This document shows positions 1-53,885 of a DNA stretch of 64,000 nucleotides, in pieces. The notes under the pieces were generated by a model. That model was not told the DNA's origin, did not search any database, and saw only the letters and a list, made by a program, of their open reading frames with translations. Source of the stretch: the human T2T-CHM13v2.0 reference genome, Homo sapiens. How positions within the stretch are numbered: the first letter of the stretch is position 1; each line of letters opens with the position of its first letter. The translations under genes and the position numbers were made by a program. The DNA lies in NCBI RefSeq assembly GCF_009914755.1, contig NC_060925.1; one strand, written 5' to 3'.

Positions 1-77
1 TGCAGTGAGCCCAGATCATGCCACTGCACTTCAGCCTGGGTGACAAGAGCAAAACTCTGTCTCAAAAAAAAAAAAAA
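1..77 (+). mobile_element. Alu 3' end with poly(A), truncated by window edge
   Basis: tgcagtgagc...gcctgggtgaca...tctc followed by an A tract. Confidence 0.9.
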
Positions 78-199
78 GGACTTTTTTGGAGATAACATTT
101 TAAATTGTACGTTTTAAGTTTTGGTGCCTTATAGTTTCTGAAGCATTCCCTTATGTGGAAGGGGGTTTTGTAATTGCCTATTTAATTATCCTGTTAGAC

Positions 200-310
200 G
201 GAAATGCTGTGAGAACAAGGCCTGTGTCTGTGTGGCTCGCTGTCCTCTTCCAGCACCTGGCACGGTGCTACAGGGGGTGCCCGGCGCACATTTGTTGAAT
301 GAGTGAATTT
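200..310 (+). mobile_element. L2 3' end remnant
   Basis: cagcacctggcacggtgc...atttgttgaatgagtgaat resembles the L2 terminus. Confidence 0.55.
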
Positions 311-367
311 AGTAATAAATTAATATTACATACCAGGCACCACTCAATCAACAAACATATTCTTACA

Positions 368-790
<423 letters not shown>

Positions 791-2959
791 TAGACCCTTC
801 TGCCCTGACTCTAGAGGCAAAGTACAAAGTTTAAACACATTCCCTGTGGTCTGCGTGGAACTCTCCCACGCAACATAAGCTACTTCCTCACTTGTTTCTG
901 GCTGGGACACTTCAAGGGCAAAGTCAGAACTTATTACCAGGGAACCCCAGCAGCAGCCCGGTGGAGTGCCAGTGCCAAGCTCCATTCCCCTTGCAACTCC
1001 GGAAAACAGCTGGAGAAGGAACCTTATAGGTGGAAAAGCAGAGTCCCTAAGCGGGAAAGCAACATGGGCCTCGTGTTAGGAGTAGGTCTCTTCCAAGATC
1101 TCCGATGACTCCACCTTCCAGCCAGAGGAGAGGGAGAGATTTAGATGCCAGTGTCCGGAAAGCCCTGTCCCCTTTGAGACCCCTCACAGAGTGAACCAAG
1201 CCTGCTCTGGGATGTGGGGTGGGAGTTTCGAGACAGCTTGGGTGGGCAACAGGAGATCCAGGCCGAGGGCAGGGTGGCTCAAGGATGGGTGAAGATTTAA
1301 CCACTCACCACTGCCCCGACTTGACCCCTCACACTCCTACACATCTGTCTTCTACCAGAACATCTTTTCTACCTGGGCCTAAAATGGCACCCGGCCTAGT
1401 TCGCCCGCAGAGCGCAGAGCCGCTGGGCTTCAGTCCCCTCCTCTAGCACGTAACCATGCCTTCCAATCTTAGATCTCGTTATAGGTTTCCAAACACGTTT
1501 GCATCTGTGAACTCACTTACGCTTCACAGCAACCCTGTGAGTTGTTGGCATTATCCTCATTTTATAACTGGAGAAACTGAGGCTCAGAAAGGTGAAGTGA
1601 GGAAAGATACATCTGGGAGCGTCTGCACATAGACGAGGCTTGTCTGATGTTCTTTGCAATTACTCTTCCCCCTTCCAGAAGGAAAAGACATGGGTCAGGG
1701 AGGAGTTGAAAGTGGGGAAGGACTGACTCAGAGGCTGCCCTGCTCTGCCAAGCCCAGCTCTGCCCACCGCTGCCCCCAGCTTGCCTGTTTTGTAGAACAA
1801 GGTCCCGATGTACTGATGGGAGAGGGAAAGCACTGTTCAGATTCACCTCTAGGGTTCAGGCCAAACCCACTTGGCAGGTACAGCTAGCACACCTGAACAG
1901 CTATCCAACTGTCCTGTAACTCTAGCCATGCTCACCTGGCATACTTGGCCTGCAGAGTGTGGCCCTTTTAGACAGCTGCTCATTCAGTCATTCAGCAAAC
2001 GTTCCTGCAGCGTCTACAGTGCACCAGGAGGACCCAGCGGGACCCAGCCAGGACCCTGCCATGGACTCTGCTCTCAAGCAGTTCAGAATCCAGTTGGGGA
2101 GAGGAGACAAAAGAAGCCGCAAGCATCAGGGATTCCACCCATGCACCTCACAGGGCTCCCTGTCCATCAGTCCTCTCAAATCTCATTGCGCTTCTCTTTA
2201 AAATGGGTGAAATCTATGCATTGCGGGGATTCAATGAGAAAAGGCATTCCGAGTCCAGCCTGGATGGTGTTCGCAGTGCTGTGGTGGAGCTGGGGAAGAT
2301 TCGCCTCAGCGGGGAGCCTGCCCCAGTCCTCCTCTGAGGCTCTCCCCACAGCCCTGTACTGCTTGACCCTTCAGGGAGGATGGAAGGTCAAGTAAACAGA
2401 TGCAAGGTCAACTGTCTTCCTATGGAACTGTCATGTCCCCAAGAGCCCAGTGAGATCACCTGCCCCTCTAAGAGTTTCTTCCTTCCCATTGGCAGATGGG
2501 CAAGTTGCCCCTTTGAAACCCAGAACAGCAGAGGGGAGGGGTGGGAGAGAGAGACCCCAGGGAGAGGGCACACCTCGGCTGGGGCATCCTGGGAGTTTCA
2601 CAGGGGGCAGGGAGACAGCTGAAAGCATGCTGCTCTTAGCATTCCACGGAACATTGGCAAAATGAATTCCTTATTTTGCTAAAGAGCTTTGGAATGTAGA
2701 GCAGACTTCTGACTCAGAACCATCCCTCATGCCCACCAAGTCCCTCAAGGACTCCCCAGGTCCAGAAAACTTGGCTTTCTTCAGTTTCCTCACCTACAGA
2801 ATGGGCAAAACCCAGATTTGGTTGGCTTCACATACATGTGGGGATGCAGATCCCCAACCGCCAGCAAAGCCTCTCTCCACCAACAAATCTTTCTGTGAGC
2901 CTGGGATGGAGTAGGGGATGTCCAGGAGTGCTTGTGACTGTGTTCTGCATACTGTCTGC

Positions 2960-3327
<368 letters not shown>

Positions 3328-5342
3328 TGAGTTCCCAGCCATGGATTCTTCCATCTGATGAGCCTTGAAGCACAGCCCGGAGGCCTGTGGGCTACGGCCA
3401 CCCTACTCACAGGTCTGCCTACACTATGGTGTTATTAAAATGTTTACATTAGCTGCCAACCTTAAAAATCAAGACGTAACACAAATAAGTTCCAGATAGA
3501 CAACTTTTTCTTGAAAATGCAGAAAACTGGACACACATCTCCACCAGCAATGTTGGCTGGATCTGGGTACACTCTCCTAGCAGGCTCTGTAAGGGTGCCT
3601 GCCTATCTCATGTAGGCATTTGAGTTTGCCACTCTGGGTCTAGTCCAATCTGCTTTGTACTCACCTGCCCTCTTACAGCATCTCTGAACAATTTCTAGCT
3701 AGTATCTGCTTAAATGCCTCTGGTCACAGGAGTCTCACTACATCAGTGAGGCAGTCCACCTGAGCTGCGAGGAAGGGGCTCCTATGGAACTGTCTTCCCC
3801 CTTTCTGTAGCAAAAAAAAAGACACAGAGGAAAGAAACGGGCGTTGGAGCCAAGCAGCTGTGGATCTGAGTACCTCTCTAGCATTCAACCAGCTGTGTGA
3901 TCTAAGGCAAATGATGGCCTTTCTGAGCTTCTGTTTCCTTAGGTGTGCCAGCCCTGCAAGGCTGTGTGAGGCTTAAACTGGAGCGAGTTTATAAAGCCCC
4001 TAGAGCAGGGTCTGACTCAGGGCACATGTTCCCCAAATGGCCTTTCTCATCCTATGTAACTTCCAGCCATGGCTCCAATTCTCCTCACCCCCCAGTGACC
4101 ATGAGAGCTGGGAACGAAGGAAGAGGGGACTGGACGATGGTCTGTGCCAGGCGGCAGTGGGAAGCAATCAGGCACTTGCTCCCGTGGGCATCCACCCTCT
4201 CAGGAGGCTGCAGGTCTCTTGCCTGCTTCTCGGACTGCTTGGCCCACCAGGTGTGTGAGGGACTTGAGGGTGGCAGAGCAGGCCCCAGGATGCAGCCCTA
4301 TATCCCTGTCCTCCCCTCACAGCCCAAAGCCATCCCTGGATGAGACCCCTAGTCCTGGGGGATGGAACTGGAGACAGGGAAGGTCAGGGGAGGGAAAAGC
4401 AGGGAATGATAGTCCCCCTCACTGGATAACAGCTCCCATGACCGGCCACCTGGCTGTGTGCCCGGCCGTCTGCCAGGAGTTCCACCTGGGCCCTTTCACG
4501 CCACCCTAGGATATCGATACTGGTATTCTTGTTTTACAGACATGAAGTTTTAGACTCAGAGAGCTTAAGAAACTTGCCTAAGGCCACACAGCAGGACACT
4601 TGTCTTCCTGGTCCCTGAGCCTGCCCTCCTGACCACTGCAATCTAAGGCCTCCTTAAAATCCCGTGGTCCCTAAATGCCAAGTTGTTGGGGTGGGGAAAG
4701 GGAGAGAGTTTTGGTTTTGGTGTTTTTTTGGTTTTTCACCTAAAAGTGCCTCTGAGTTTGCCGCTGAGCCCATCTCTGAGCCTCTGCCCATGAACTAGTG
4801 TGTATCCATCGGAGTGTGTCACCACGCGAAGCACTCGGTGTTGGGGTCATGCGGGCAGGAGCGAGCATGCGGTGGATGTGCGGCCCGCGCGTGTGTCCAC
4901 AGAGGGAATCCCTGGGTGGGTCTGGTCCTGGTGTCGCCGGGACGTCCCGATGGTGGCTTCGCGCACTGGGGCCCTGAGCCCTGAGTCCAAGTGCGCAGCG
5001 CGGGGCGCGCCCCCGAAGGTGCCCGCCGGGGGAGTGTGGGCGTGCGCACGTGCGGCGGCGGTGGCCGCGGGCCGGGTGGCCGCGGTGCGGGCTCCGTGTC
5101 CCCCACCCCCCCGCCTCGGTGCTGATTGGCTCGGCGCCGTGACGGGCCGGCCCCCGCCCGGGGCGGCGGCGGCGGCGGCGGGCGCGGGTGCCCGCGTGTG
5201 CGCTGGGAGCCGCGTGTGCGCCGGGGTGTGCGCCCGGCCGGGTGTGCGGAGAGCGAGGGAGCGCGCTCCCTCCCGACGCGCGGGCCGCAGCGGCCAAGCC
5301 CGAGGGTGCGTGGCGCCCCCGCCCGCCCGGCCCGGCCCGGCC

Positions 5343-44753
<39,411 letters not shown>

Positions 44754-46610
44754 TGTACAGCCAGCAGGGCCCAGGCAGCCACCGAGCCCACCCCAGGTCA
44801 TGCCAGCGGCAGAGGACGTGAGGGGCTGGCAGCAGGCAGGGCGGCCCCAGGCCTCTGCCCTCCTCTCGGGTGCTGGAGGAGCTGAAGGCTTCGCCACAGG
44901 ACCTGGAGTTATCAGGGGTCAGGCGCCTGGGAAGGGGCCTTTGGTGGCCACCCTGGTGAGGACACCTGTCCCCCAGGGCAGGCACCTTCTCTTTTCCAGA
45001 GCCTGGGGCCTCCACGTCACAGAGTCCAACAGGGACATCACTCGCCTGCCTCTGTGTGCGTGCATGTGTGTGTGTGGTGGGGGGTGTTCTCACAAGGTCA
45101 TGGGATCTCATGTGAACAGTGTGTGATCAAGTGTGTCCACCCCTTCGGGTCTCAGCATGGACGTGTGCATGTTATGAGCGTGTGCTTATCCGTTAAGGCT
45201 GGAGGCACATGTGGGTGATGGTGGATGATGTGTCATGAATGAGGAGGTGTGTGAGCAGGGAACTCAGTGTGACACCGCCAGGTCCAGCACCCATGGGGGC
45301 GGGGGAGAGGCTCACCCCTACGTCCCCCCACGCCTGGAGGCTGGAGCCAGGGGCCACTTCTGAACTGCACCAGCACCAGGCCCACCCTCGTCTCTGCCTG
45401 GGTGAGCCCACCCCGGCTGTATCTCAGGTCTGGGTCCTCCCTCTAGCCGAGGAGGCCACCTGCAGCCTCCACCCGGCTCTCACCGCTGCTTCAACAGGAA
45501 AACAGGGTTCCCGGTCAGTCCGGCTGGCCGCCTTCATGGAGGCATCATGGCAGAGCACATGAGATGTCCTCAGCTGGGCTTGGCTGCCTGGCCAGGGCCG
45601 GGGGCTCAGCAGCCTCCTCTAGCCTCTGATGCCTTCCCTCCACGGCCCAGGTCTCCTCACTCAAAGTCCCTTCGCCAACCTTTCAATGCCCAGCCCTGAC
45701 ACCTGCCCTTTGTCCCCCAGGCCTAGGATCAGGGACCAGAGGATCCTATCTTCTCAGCACCCAGCCCACCCCTTCCTGTAGCATATGGGGAGACTAAGGC
45801 CTGGAGAGAGGGGTGATGCCCCGTCCCAGGTTGCACTGCAACCAAGTGTCAGAGTCGGGGCTCCGGCCTCCTGCCAAGGCTCTTGTCCCCATACACCATC
45901 CCACAAGGGCGCTGGGGGTGGAAGTGCCCTGGAAGCCCCTCCCCTCTCACACTGACCTCCCCCCTTACGGCCCACCAGGGTATGTAAATATCTCTTTTCT
46001 ACCATGTCAGAATATTTTTTCCTCACTCCTGACAATGCAAAAATGGTCTTCAAAGCACATAAAAAGCACCCAGGGTGAGAAAGCCCCATCCCGGGGGCCG
46101 TTGGCAGGCAGGGAAGCAGGAACCCCACCGTGTGCCCCCTGCCAGCCCCAGAGGGAGTGGCGAGCCCAGCTGCCCAGCCCTGCCCCCCCTCCCCATAGCC
46201 AGCACAGCTATCCCGCGGGGACACCAGCACTGAGCCCCCTCTCCCTCCTGCAATAATTCGGGGAGTCTCAGCCCCATCCAGGTGCCGCGGCCAGCTCTCT
46301 ACACCTCTATATATTATATTACTATATAGCCGAGCTGTTCTTCCTTCCTATGGAAGTCGGAAACATGGTCAGAACACGATCTGGGGGGGGGATCCTGTCT
46401 TCCTCCCCACCCCACCCCACTCTTACCCAATTTCTGGGCTCTGGATCCTCACAGTCATGGAGGCACCGTGGGCCTGGCACTTGCAAAAGTGTGGCCCCTC
46501 ACTCTAGTGTGTGGTCCCTCTCAGGGTCCTGGGGATCTGCCTCTCTGTGGTCTCCATCCTGACTCTTGAACTTACCCACAATAAGAATAAATTCTGCCTC
46601 ATCTTTGCCT
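44754..46610 (+). other. EPHA8: EPHA8 3' UTR (~1.85 kb)
   Basis: Runs from the stop codon to the first AATAAA I found (46586-46591); cleavage site is approximate. Confidence 0.8.
46586..46591 (+). terminator. Main poly(A) signal AATAAA
   Basis: Canonical hexamer after the last exon, followed by a T/CT-rich downstream stretch. Confidence 0.85.
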
Positions 46611-48084
46611 GCGTCCCCCATTTTTTCCCCATCTCTGAAAGCTTGACATCTCCTGTTGGGGAAGGGCCAGCCTCATACTGAGCACCTACTGTTTGCATCC
46701 CATTCATTTTTCTCCCCTCTGGTTTTCTCATCTGTCTGGGGAGGTAGGATTAGTGCATGGATTGTACATACGGGGAAGCTGAGTCTTGGTTCAGCCAACC
46801 TGCCTAAAGCCAAGGACAGAACGGGGGATGAATCAGAACCTAGATTTGTCACACCCCAAATCCCAGGCTCAGCTAGGAAGCACCCCACAGCCCCAAATTC
46901 TCTCTTCCAAGAGGTGCACATGGTACTTAACCGTAGAGTCCAGTCCCAGCTGGACACTGCCCTTGAGTTCTCTTGGCGGAGAAAGATGCCCCCCTGGAAG
47001 AGGAATACACAGGGAAAGGACATTTCCTGGGAACAACTTCCTCAGGATCAAGGGGGGGGGCACTGGGAGACCTGGGTGCTGGGAGGCAGAACAGGGAAGA
47101 CAGGGTCCGAGCATCTTCCCGAGTTACATCAGGGAGCCGAGGACTCTGCTCATGGGGAGAGGGAACAGCAGCAGGGGTTCTGGGCAGGAGACAGAGACAG
47201 AGGCAGAGCAGATAACAACAGCATCCATTTGCGCCAGTGGCTCAGACATTTGGAAAAGGTGCTCCAGGGTCTTAGAGATGACGGAGTGGATGATCTCCAG
47301 CTAAAAGAAGGGCTTCACTCCTGAACCCCCTCAAACTGGGGAAGTGGGAACAGGCAGAAAACACCTACACTGCATTTCCTACATTGTCTCACTCAGAATC
47401 ACAATAGCCCTATGAGATTGAGAATATCATCCCCCACTTACACATGGGCAAAAGCTTGCTTGGAGAGGCCAATGTCCCACATGGCAGAGCCACCACGTAA
47501 AGCTAAATCTGTCTGATTTCAAGCCAGCTATGCTTCCCCTGAGACTCCAAACTAAGCACCAGGCCCTTTCCCCACAAAACCAGTTGTTTCCTATGAGGAA
47601 TAATTTGTTGCTACAGACTTCTCTTCCCTTAAGGGGAAGAGACCCTAACATCCTATTGGACGATAGGATCCAATCATCAGATCCTAATCAACACCTGCTC
47701 TGTGCTGGGCACCACTGGGGGTAAAAGACAATGAGATGCAGCCCTTCTTCTTAGAAGCTCAGAGACTAGGTGGAGCTGCAGACTGCACAAAAGAGGTTCC
47801 CTCAATCAGATCCAATGTGCTAAGTGTCCAAAAAATGGAGCACACAGAAGTATTCTAAGAGGGTCAGAGAGAGCCTTGACAGGCAGGTCTGTCATGGAGG
47901 ACTTACTGCAGGAGGAAGCATTTCAGTTAAGCACTGAAGAGTGTGAAGGGTTTGGAGGTTGATTTCCGAGGCAGTCCTTTGTGCAAGGCATGGAATGCAG
48001 AGGAGAGGAAGAAAACAGCCAGAGCAGAAACAAACCATGTTCATGGATGAGGAGCCTCACCGCCACAACGCTGGCTACGCCCTT

Positions 48085-49100
48085 CCAATTTAATCTATAC
48101 ATTTTATTTCCAATAACAATTGCAGTGGGGTTTTCCTGGCAACTTGACAGAGTCATCCCCAAATGTACATGGAATAATAAAGAACCCAGAATAGCCAAGA
48201 CAATTTTGAAAAAGAAAGAGGAAGAGGAAGGGAACCTCACCCTATCAGGTATCAATAGGCACTGTGGAGCTCTAATAATTAAAATAGTGTGATTTGGTCC
48301 CAGGAATAGACCAACAGATAATAGAACAGAGAATAATGCCTAGGGGAAGATCAAAATATATAGGAGAGTGTGAGACAGGACAAAGGGTAAAATGGTCTTG
48401 TTAACAGATGATGTTGAACAATGGAATACCCCTACTGGAAAACATAAAATTGGATCCCTGCTCACACCACTCACAAAATAAGTTCCAGGTTGGTTAAAGT
48501 CCTAAATGTGAAGAGAACACTATAAAACTTTTTAAAAGAAAACAGAGGAAAGTAACTTTATGATCTTAGAGTAGAAACTAAACAAAACACAAAAAGCATA
48601 AATGATTTTTAAAGTGATAAATCTTACTACAATTAAGAGCTTCTCTTTGACAAAAGATGAATAGATTTGTTAAAGCCACTAGCTGGGAGAAGGTATTTGC
48701 AGCCCGTATAAGCAAGAGACAATTAATTAGTTTCCAAAAGAATTTTTTAAAAAACCTCTAGAGAATCAATCTACCAAAACATTCCAGAGCAATAGGAAAA
48801 TGGGCAAAAAATGTGAATAAATACCAGAGGAAGAAATTTGAAAGGCCAAACAAGATATAAAAGAGTCTCAACATCACTAGTAAACATGGAAATGCAAATT
48901 GAAACAATAATGAGATGGCTCATTACACCAATCCGATTGGCAAAATTAGTGTCTAACGGGAGTATTGATGAAGATATGGGGGAAATACCAATGTCTGTAA
49001 ACTGATGGGAATTTAAATTTGCACAACTACTTTGGAGAGCAATTTGAAAATGCTTGATAAACTTTAAGACGAGCAAATCTAGGATCCAGCCAACTTTGCC
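48085..49100 (+). mobile_element. Old L1M ORF2 remnant
   Basis: atggaataataaagaacccagaatagccaagacaattttgaaaaagaa...; aatgcaaattgaaacaataatgagat. Confidence 0.85.
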
Positions 49101-49107
49101 ACTGATG

Positions 49108-49532
49108 TGTGATTCTTAGGTTAAGTTTCCTAATTGGGGCCTGAGTCAGGGATTCTTGTGCAGTGATTTATTGAAGCAGAACTCTTAGGTGAAAGGGAGA
49201 TGGGATGGCAGATAGGGTGGAAGCGCTAGGCAGTGATATGTTCTTGGTTGAAGATTAGCTTCAATCTGATCCCATGGGAGCTCTGGGGCATGAGTGACAA
49301 CACAGAGTCTGTCTACCTCGAGGCAAGGGAGCCAAGATTTTCCACCCCCATGTCACTCAGTCATCAGCTATGGCCACCCCATGGGGAGGATGGGGAAGTG
49401 GTGTAACTGTGGGCAAGGGAGTTCCCAAGAGGAGAGTAGCTCTGAGCCCTTAGCGTCAACACTCACAGCTAGAGGGTGGGAACACCTACAGGTAAAAGGC
49501 ATCAGAGTGGGACACCACCAGTGTTTTCCACC
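49108..49532. mobile_element. MLT1-type MaLR solo LTR inserted in L1
   Basis: Begins tgtg...ggattcttgtgcagtgatttattgaag and is more GC-rich than the flanking L1. Confidence 0.55.
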
Positions 49533-49534
49533 AT

Positions 49535-50172
49535 GTCCCAGAGAAGCACACTCATATGCAGTAGCATACATGTCCGCGGGTATTTATTGCACCTTAGTGT
49601 GTAATAGAAAGACAAAGAGGAGCCTAACTGCCTCTCAGCAGGAAAAGAAAAACTGCTTTATAAGTACAATAAAATAATCAACCACAGTTCAAATGAACAA
49701 ACTAGATCAACATCCATCAATAGGGATAAGTCTCCAAACATAACATGGAATGAAAAAAATAAATAACAAAGGAACCTCCACAGGTTTACACCATTTATGT
49801 AAACTTTAAAAAAAAGTAAGAATTGAATACACAGGTTTTGAATGCATAACTAGGTAATGACAGCATAAAAATATTCACGAGACAGATAAACACCCGGTCA
49901 GCACAACTGTATCTGTCTTTCATTGATAGCTCTTTTGTAAAAATAGAGGACTCTGAAGCAAATATGGCAAAATGTGAATATCCATTTAATCTCGATGTGT
50001 GTCTGTTACATTCTTTCTCAATTTTCTCATATGTTGCAATGGCCTATAATTTTAAATAAGAGTGTTTAAAGAACACAAAGGGAACGGGGCTATATGAGAA
50101 GTCTCTGTACTTCCTGGTCAATTTTGCTGTGAACCTAAAAATGCTCTAAAAAATAAAGTTTCTTATTTTTAA
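49535..50172 (+). mobile_element. L1M 3' region remnant
   Basis: aaatgaacaaactagatc...; tctctgtacttcct...aattttgctgtgaacctaaaaatgctctaaaaaataaagt. Confidence 0.75.
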
Positions 50173-50719
50173 ACATCCACAAGGGAGGGAGGGGTTCTGC
50201 AGGCTGCCCTCAGGAAACTTGGGGTCTCAGAAATGGGGGTGGGGAAGTGGGGGGATGGTGGGGTGGGGAGGTTAGAAGAACTGGCTCTTCGGGGCTGTGG
50301 GGAGGACTGACGCTGTCCAGGGTTCTGGACCCCGGTGGCGGGGGCTGGTTGCGCTGCAACAGACCAGCAGATCTGGTCAGCTCTCTTCCCAAAATGTACA
50401 CGGAGCCTAACCATCTCCTCCTGCCCCTGGTTCTGCTGCCACCTCCGCTTCCCTCAGCGACTGCGGAAGCCTCATCAGTAGCCTCCCCACTTCCTCTCTG
50501 GCCCCCATAATCCGTTCTCCACAAGCAGCCAAAGGGATCTTTTAAAAACATAAACCAGATCATGCTACATTCTGGATTACAATCCTGCAAAAGCTTCCTA
50601 TCACGTTTACAATAACATCGAAAATCCTCCCCTGACCTGCAACGCCCCCCTGTCATCTGCTGCTGCTGGCCTCTCCAATCTCTCTCCAACTATCCTCCCC
50701 TCTCTGGTGCCCTTCTTTT

Positions 50720-51048
50720 CTTTCATTTATTTATTTAAAGACAAGGTCTTGCTCTGTCACCCAGGGTGGAATGATCTCGACTCCCTGCAGTCTGGATGAA
50801 CCTCCTGAGCTCAATCAGTCTTTCCTCCTAAGCCTCTGAAGTAGCTGGGACCGCAGGCGCATGCCACCACACCTGGCTAATTTTGTTTTTTGTTTTGTTT
50901 GTTTGTTTGTTTGTTTGTTTGTTTGTTTTGTAGAGACGAGGTTTTGCTATGTTGCCCAGGCTGTCCTCAAACTCCTGATCTCAAGTGATCTCCCCACCTT
51001 AGCCTCCCAAAGTGCTGGGATTACAGGCATAAGCCATGGTGCCTGGCC
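50720..51048 (-). mobile_element. AluJ with (TTTG)n middle tract
   Basis: Antisense Alu. Confidence 0.9.
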
Positions 51049-52984
51049 CCAGCATACCTTTTTTTTTTTCCCCCTTAATCTGGCCCCATCCAAATCTCTG
51101 GCTTTGCCTCCTGTCCTTACTCTCCAGCAAGCCCACAGGAAACCTCCAGCCAGGAGGAAACACCTGCAGGCCAATCAATACTCTCACCCCTTTCCCATGG
51201 CTGTGGCGTGTATGTTTTCCACGAGAGGAATGTCCTTCCTCTCCCTTCTGCCCCTGGCCAATTTCAGCTCACACTGAAGATCTCAACCTCTGGCTCCCTT
51301 CTCCTAATTCGAGGTTAGATGCCTCCCTTCTCTGAGATCCCACAGATTCTGGGGCTGCCCCCATTGAAGCACTTATCTTCCACTGTCATCAATCTCTCAC
51401 TTTCATCGTGAATGGATTAAGGCCAGAACTGTCTCCACTTGGTCAGAGAACCCCAGTGCCTAGCCCAGGGGGAGGGGGGACATGGTAAGAATTCAGTGAG
51501 TGATAAATGCACAGGCAAATTGCCCTTACAGGGGCCCTGAGGATCTGCTGTAAAGCAGGGCCAGTTTCCTCATCCTTCCCTTTCATGTGACCTTGAGGAA
51601 GTCACTTCTCTTTGAGCCCTGTTTCATCCTCTGTAACATGGGGCCACCACTTTCATCTACTCCACAGGCTCGCCATGAGGATTGAAGGGTAATGTGAGGA
51701 TAGCATGCAGGGGACAGTGTTTGTCACTATTGCTGGGGGAGGGGGGGATTGGGGGTCTCTATGAAGGGGCCGAGAGCAAAGCTGCTGGCAAGCATGGAGG
51801 AGCCTTGGGGAATAGGAGTGGGGGCAGTAGTCTGGTCCCGGCCCCACTGTTGCTCTTCTGTCGCTCACTCCACCTGGGGCTGGTGGCCTGGACCCAGGGC
51901 TGGCCGCCCGTCTTACTCCATCCCCAAAGCCCAAGAACCTCTGTATGACCCTCCAGCTCCCCAGCACTGGGCAGCTGGGGAAGGGTCAGCTGCTGGATGG
52001 AGTTTGCAGTGCTCAGAGGGTTTGCATTTCCATGTCTCCCGTGTTGGGGATGGTGGAAGGTGATGAATAAAAGATGGGGATGGGGGGAGCTCCTGTGGCT
52101 TTAAGAGAAATGTGATGAGCATTCAGAGTGGGGAGATTAGCGCAAAACTTCTCCCTGAATACCAAGAACGCAGGTTTCAGCACCCAGTGCAAAATCAACC
52201 AAAATCAACCAGAAAGCCCTTTCTGCTGTGAAGTGGTAGAACCCAAGGAAGGAGAAGGCACCCCGGGGCCTTTGGTGGGGAGCAGGAGGGGCCGGGGGGT
52301 CACAGACTCAGGTGAAGGAAGCCTAAAGCATCAGGAGAGAAGTTCGTGGACGCATGGCCAAGGTGACCAATGGGTGGGACCAGGGTGGAGAGCAGAGGGG
52401 CGTCCAGGTGCAGCCCTTTCCCTCCCAGGTTGGACGCCCTTTTCAGATGCTAAAAGTGATAATCCCCACACACACTCACATGAGAGGGGCTGTGGAGGGA
52501 AGGCTGTCTGCATGGCCTCTGACAGGAGCCTCTGTGGGTGGCTGATTGTCATGATTGTCACTAATGATGGGGAGTCGCTATTTACCGAGCTTTTATCCTG
52601 CGCCACACACAGTGCCAAGTGCTTTCTGTGCACTGTGCTTTTCAGTCCTCACAGCAACTTTAGCAGAGTGTTGCTATTACCATCCCTTTCTCACCAGTAA
52701 GAAAACTGAGGCACAGAAAGGTTATGTAACTTGCTCCATGTCACACAGCAGGTGAGTGAGAATCAGGATCCAAACACAGGTCAGGCTGACTCCTCGGGGA
52801 GAGGCAGTGTTGGTGTGTGCTGGGGCTGGGAGGAGGGTTGAGGATGTGGGCCCTGTCTGAAGTTTGGGAGTCACCCAGCCAGCCAGCAGGTCACACCTGA
52901 ATCTGTCTTCCGATTTCTCCTGGGGGAGAGCATCCCAGGCCCACTGGCCAGGGATAATGAGTGATGAGTAGAGGGATGCTTGCT

Positions 52985-53415
52985 TTCTCTCTCTCTCTCT
53001 CTTTCTTTCTTTCTTCTTTCCTTCTTTCTTTCTCTCTTTCTTTCTCTTCCTTCCTTCCCTCCCTCCCTCCTTCCTTCCTCCCTCCCTCTCTTCTTTCTTT
53101 CTTTCTTTCTTTCTTTCCTTTTCTTTTTTTTTTCAGACAGCGTCTTGCTCTGTCACTCAGGCTGAAGTGCAGTGGCACCCTCACAACTTACTGCAGCCTC
53201 GAACTCCTGGGCTCAAGTGATCCTCTCACCTCAGCTTCCCAAGTAGCCAGGACTACAGGCGTGCACTACCATGACTGGCTAACTTTTTAAATTATTTTTT
53301 GTAGAGACTGGGTCTCACCACATTGTCCAGGCTGGTCTCAAACTCCTGGCCTCAAGTGATGCTCCCATGTCAGCCTCCCAAAGTGCTGGGATTACGGGTG
53401 TGAGTCACCGAACCC
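52985..53415 (-). mobile_element. AluJ with tail expanded into a (TC/TTTC/TTCC)n polypyrimidine tract
   Basis: About 150 nt of pyrimidines (52985-53134) followed by an antisense Alu. Confidence 0.9.
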
Positions 53416-53689
53416 CACTTCACTGCTATGGATTTGTGCTTAGATGTGAGTAGATGACTAGCAGGGGTTGTGACATAGTTGTGCATTTCGTGGTGTGTGA
53501 CTGTGCAAAGGGTATGTGTGGCATTATCTCCACGTGTGTATATGACTGTTGGTGAACCACCGTGCATGTGTGCGTTCATATGAGTATGGCTGTGATGGGT
53601 AAGTATATGCTATGAGCATGAGAGTGGCTGATCACGGGTGTGTCTTTGTGTGTAAAATCCAGTGACTAAAATATATAAAATACACAAAT

Positions 53690-53885
53690 GGGTTCAGTGC
53701 GGTGGCATGTGCTAGTAATCCCAGCCACTTAGGAGGCTGAGGCAGGAAGGTCACTTGAGCCCAGGAGTTCAAAACCAGCCTGGACAATATGGTGAGACCC
53801 AGTCTCTACAAAAAGTAATTTTAAAAATGACCAGTTTAGGCGATAACCTGCCTAAAAAAAAAAAAAAAAAAAAAAAACAAAACAA
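53690..53885 (+). mobile_element. Partial Alu with poly(A)
   Basis: gcggtggcatgtgctagtaatcccagc...tctctacaaaaa, then an A tract. Confidence 0.8.

Noticed and set aside
4439-4444. TGACCG (CGGTCA), a word I recall from the mouse EphA8 enhancer
   Set aside because: A lone hexamer is expected by chance, and orthology cannot be shown here
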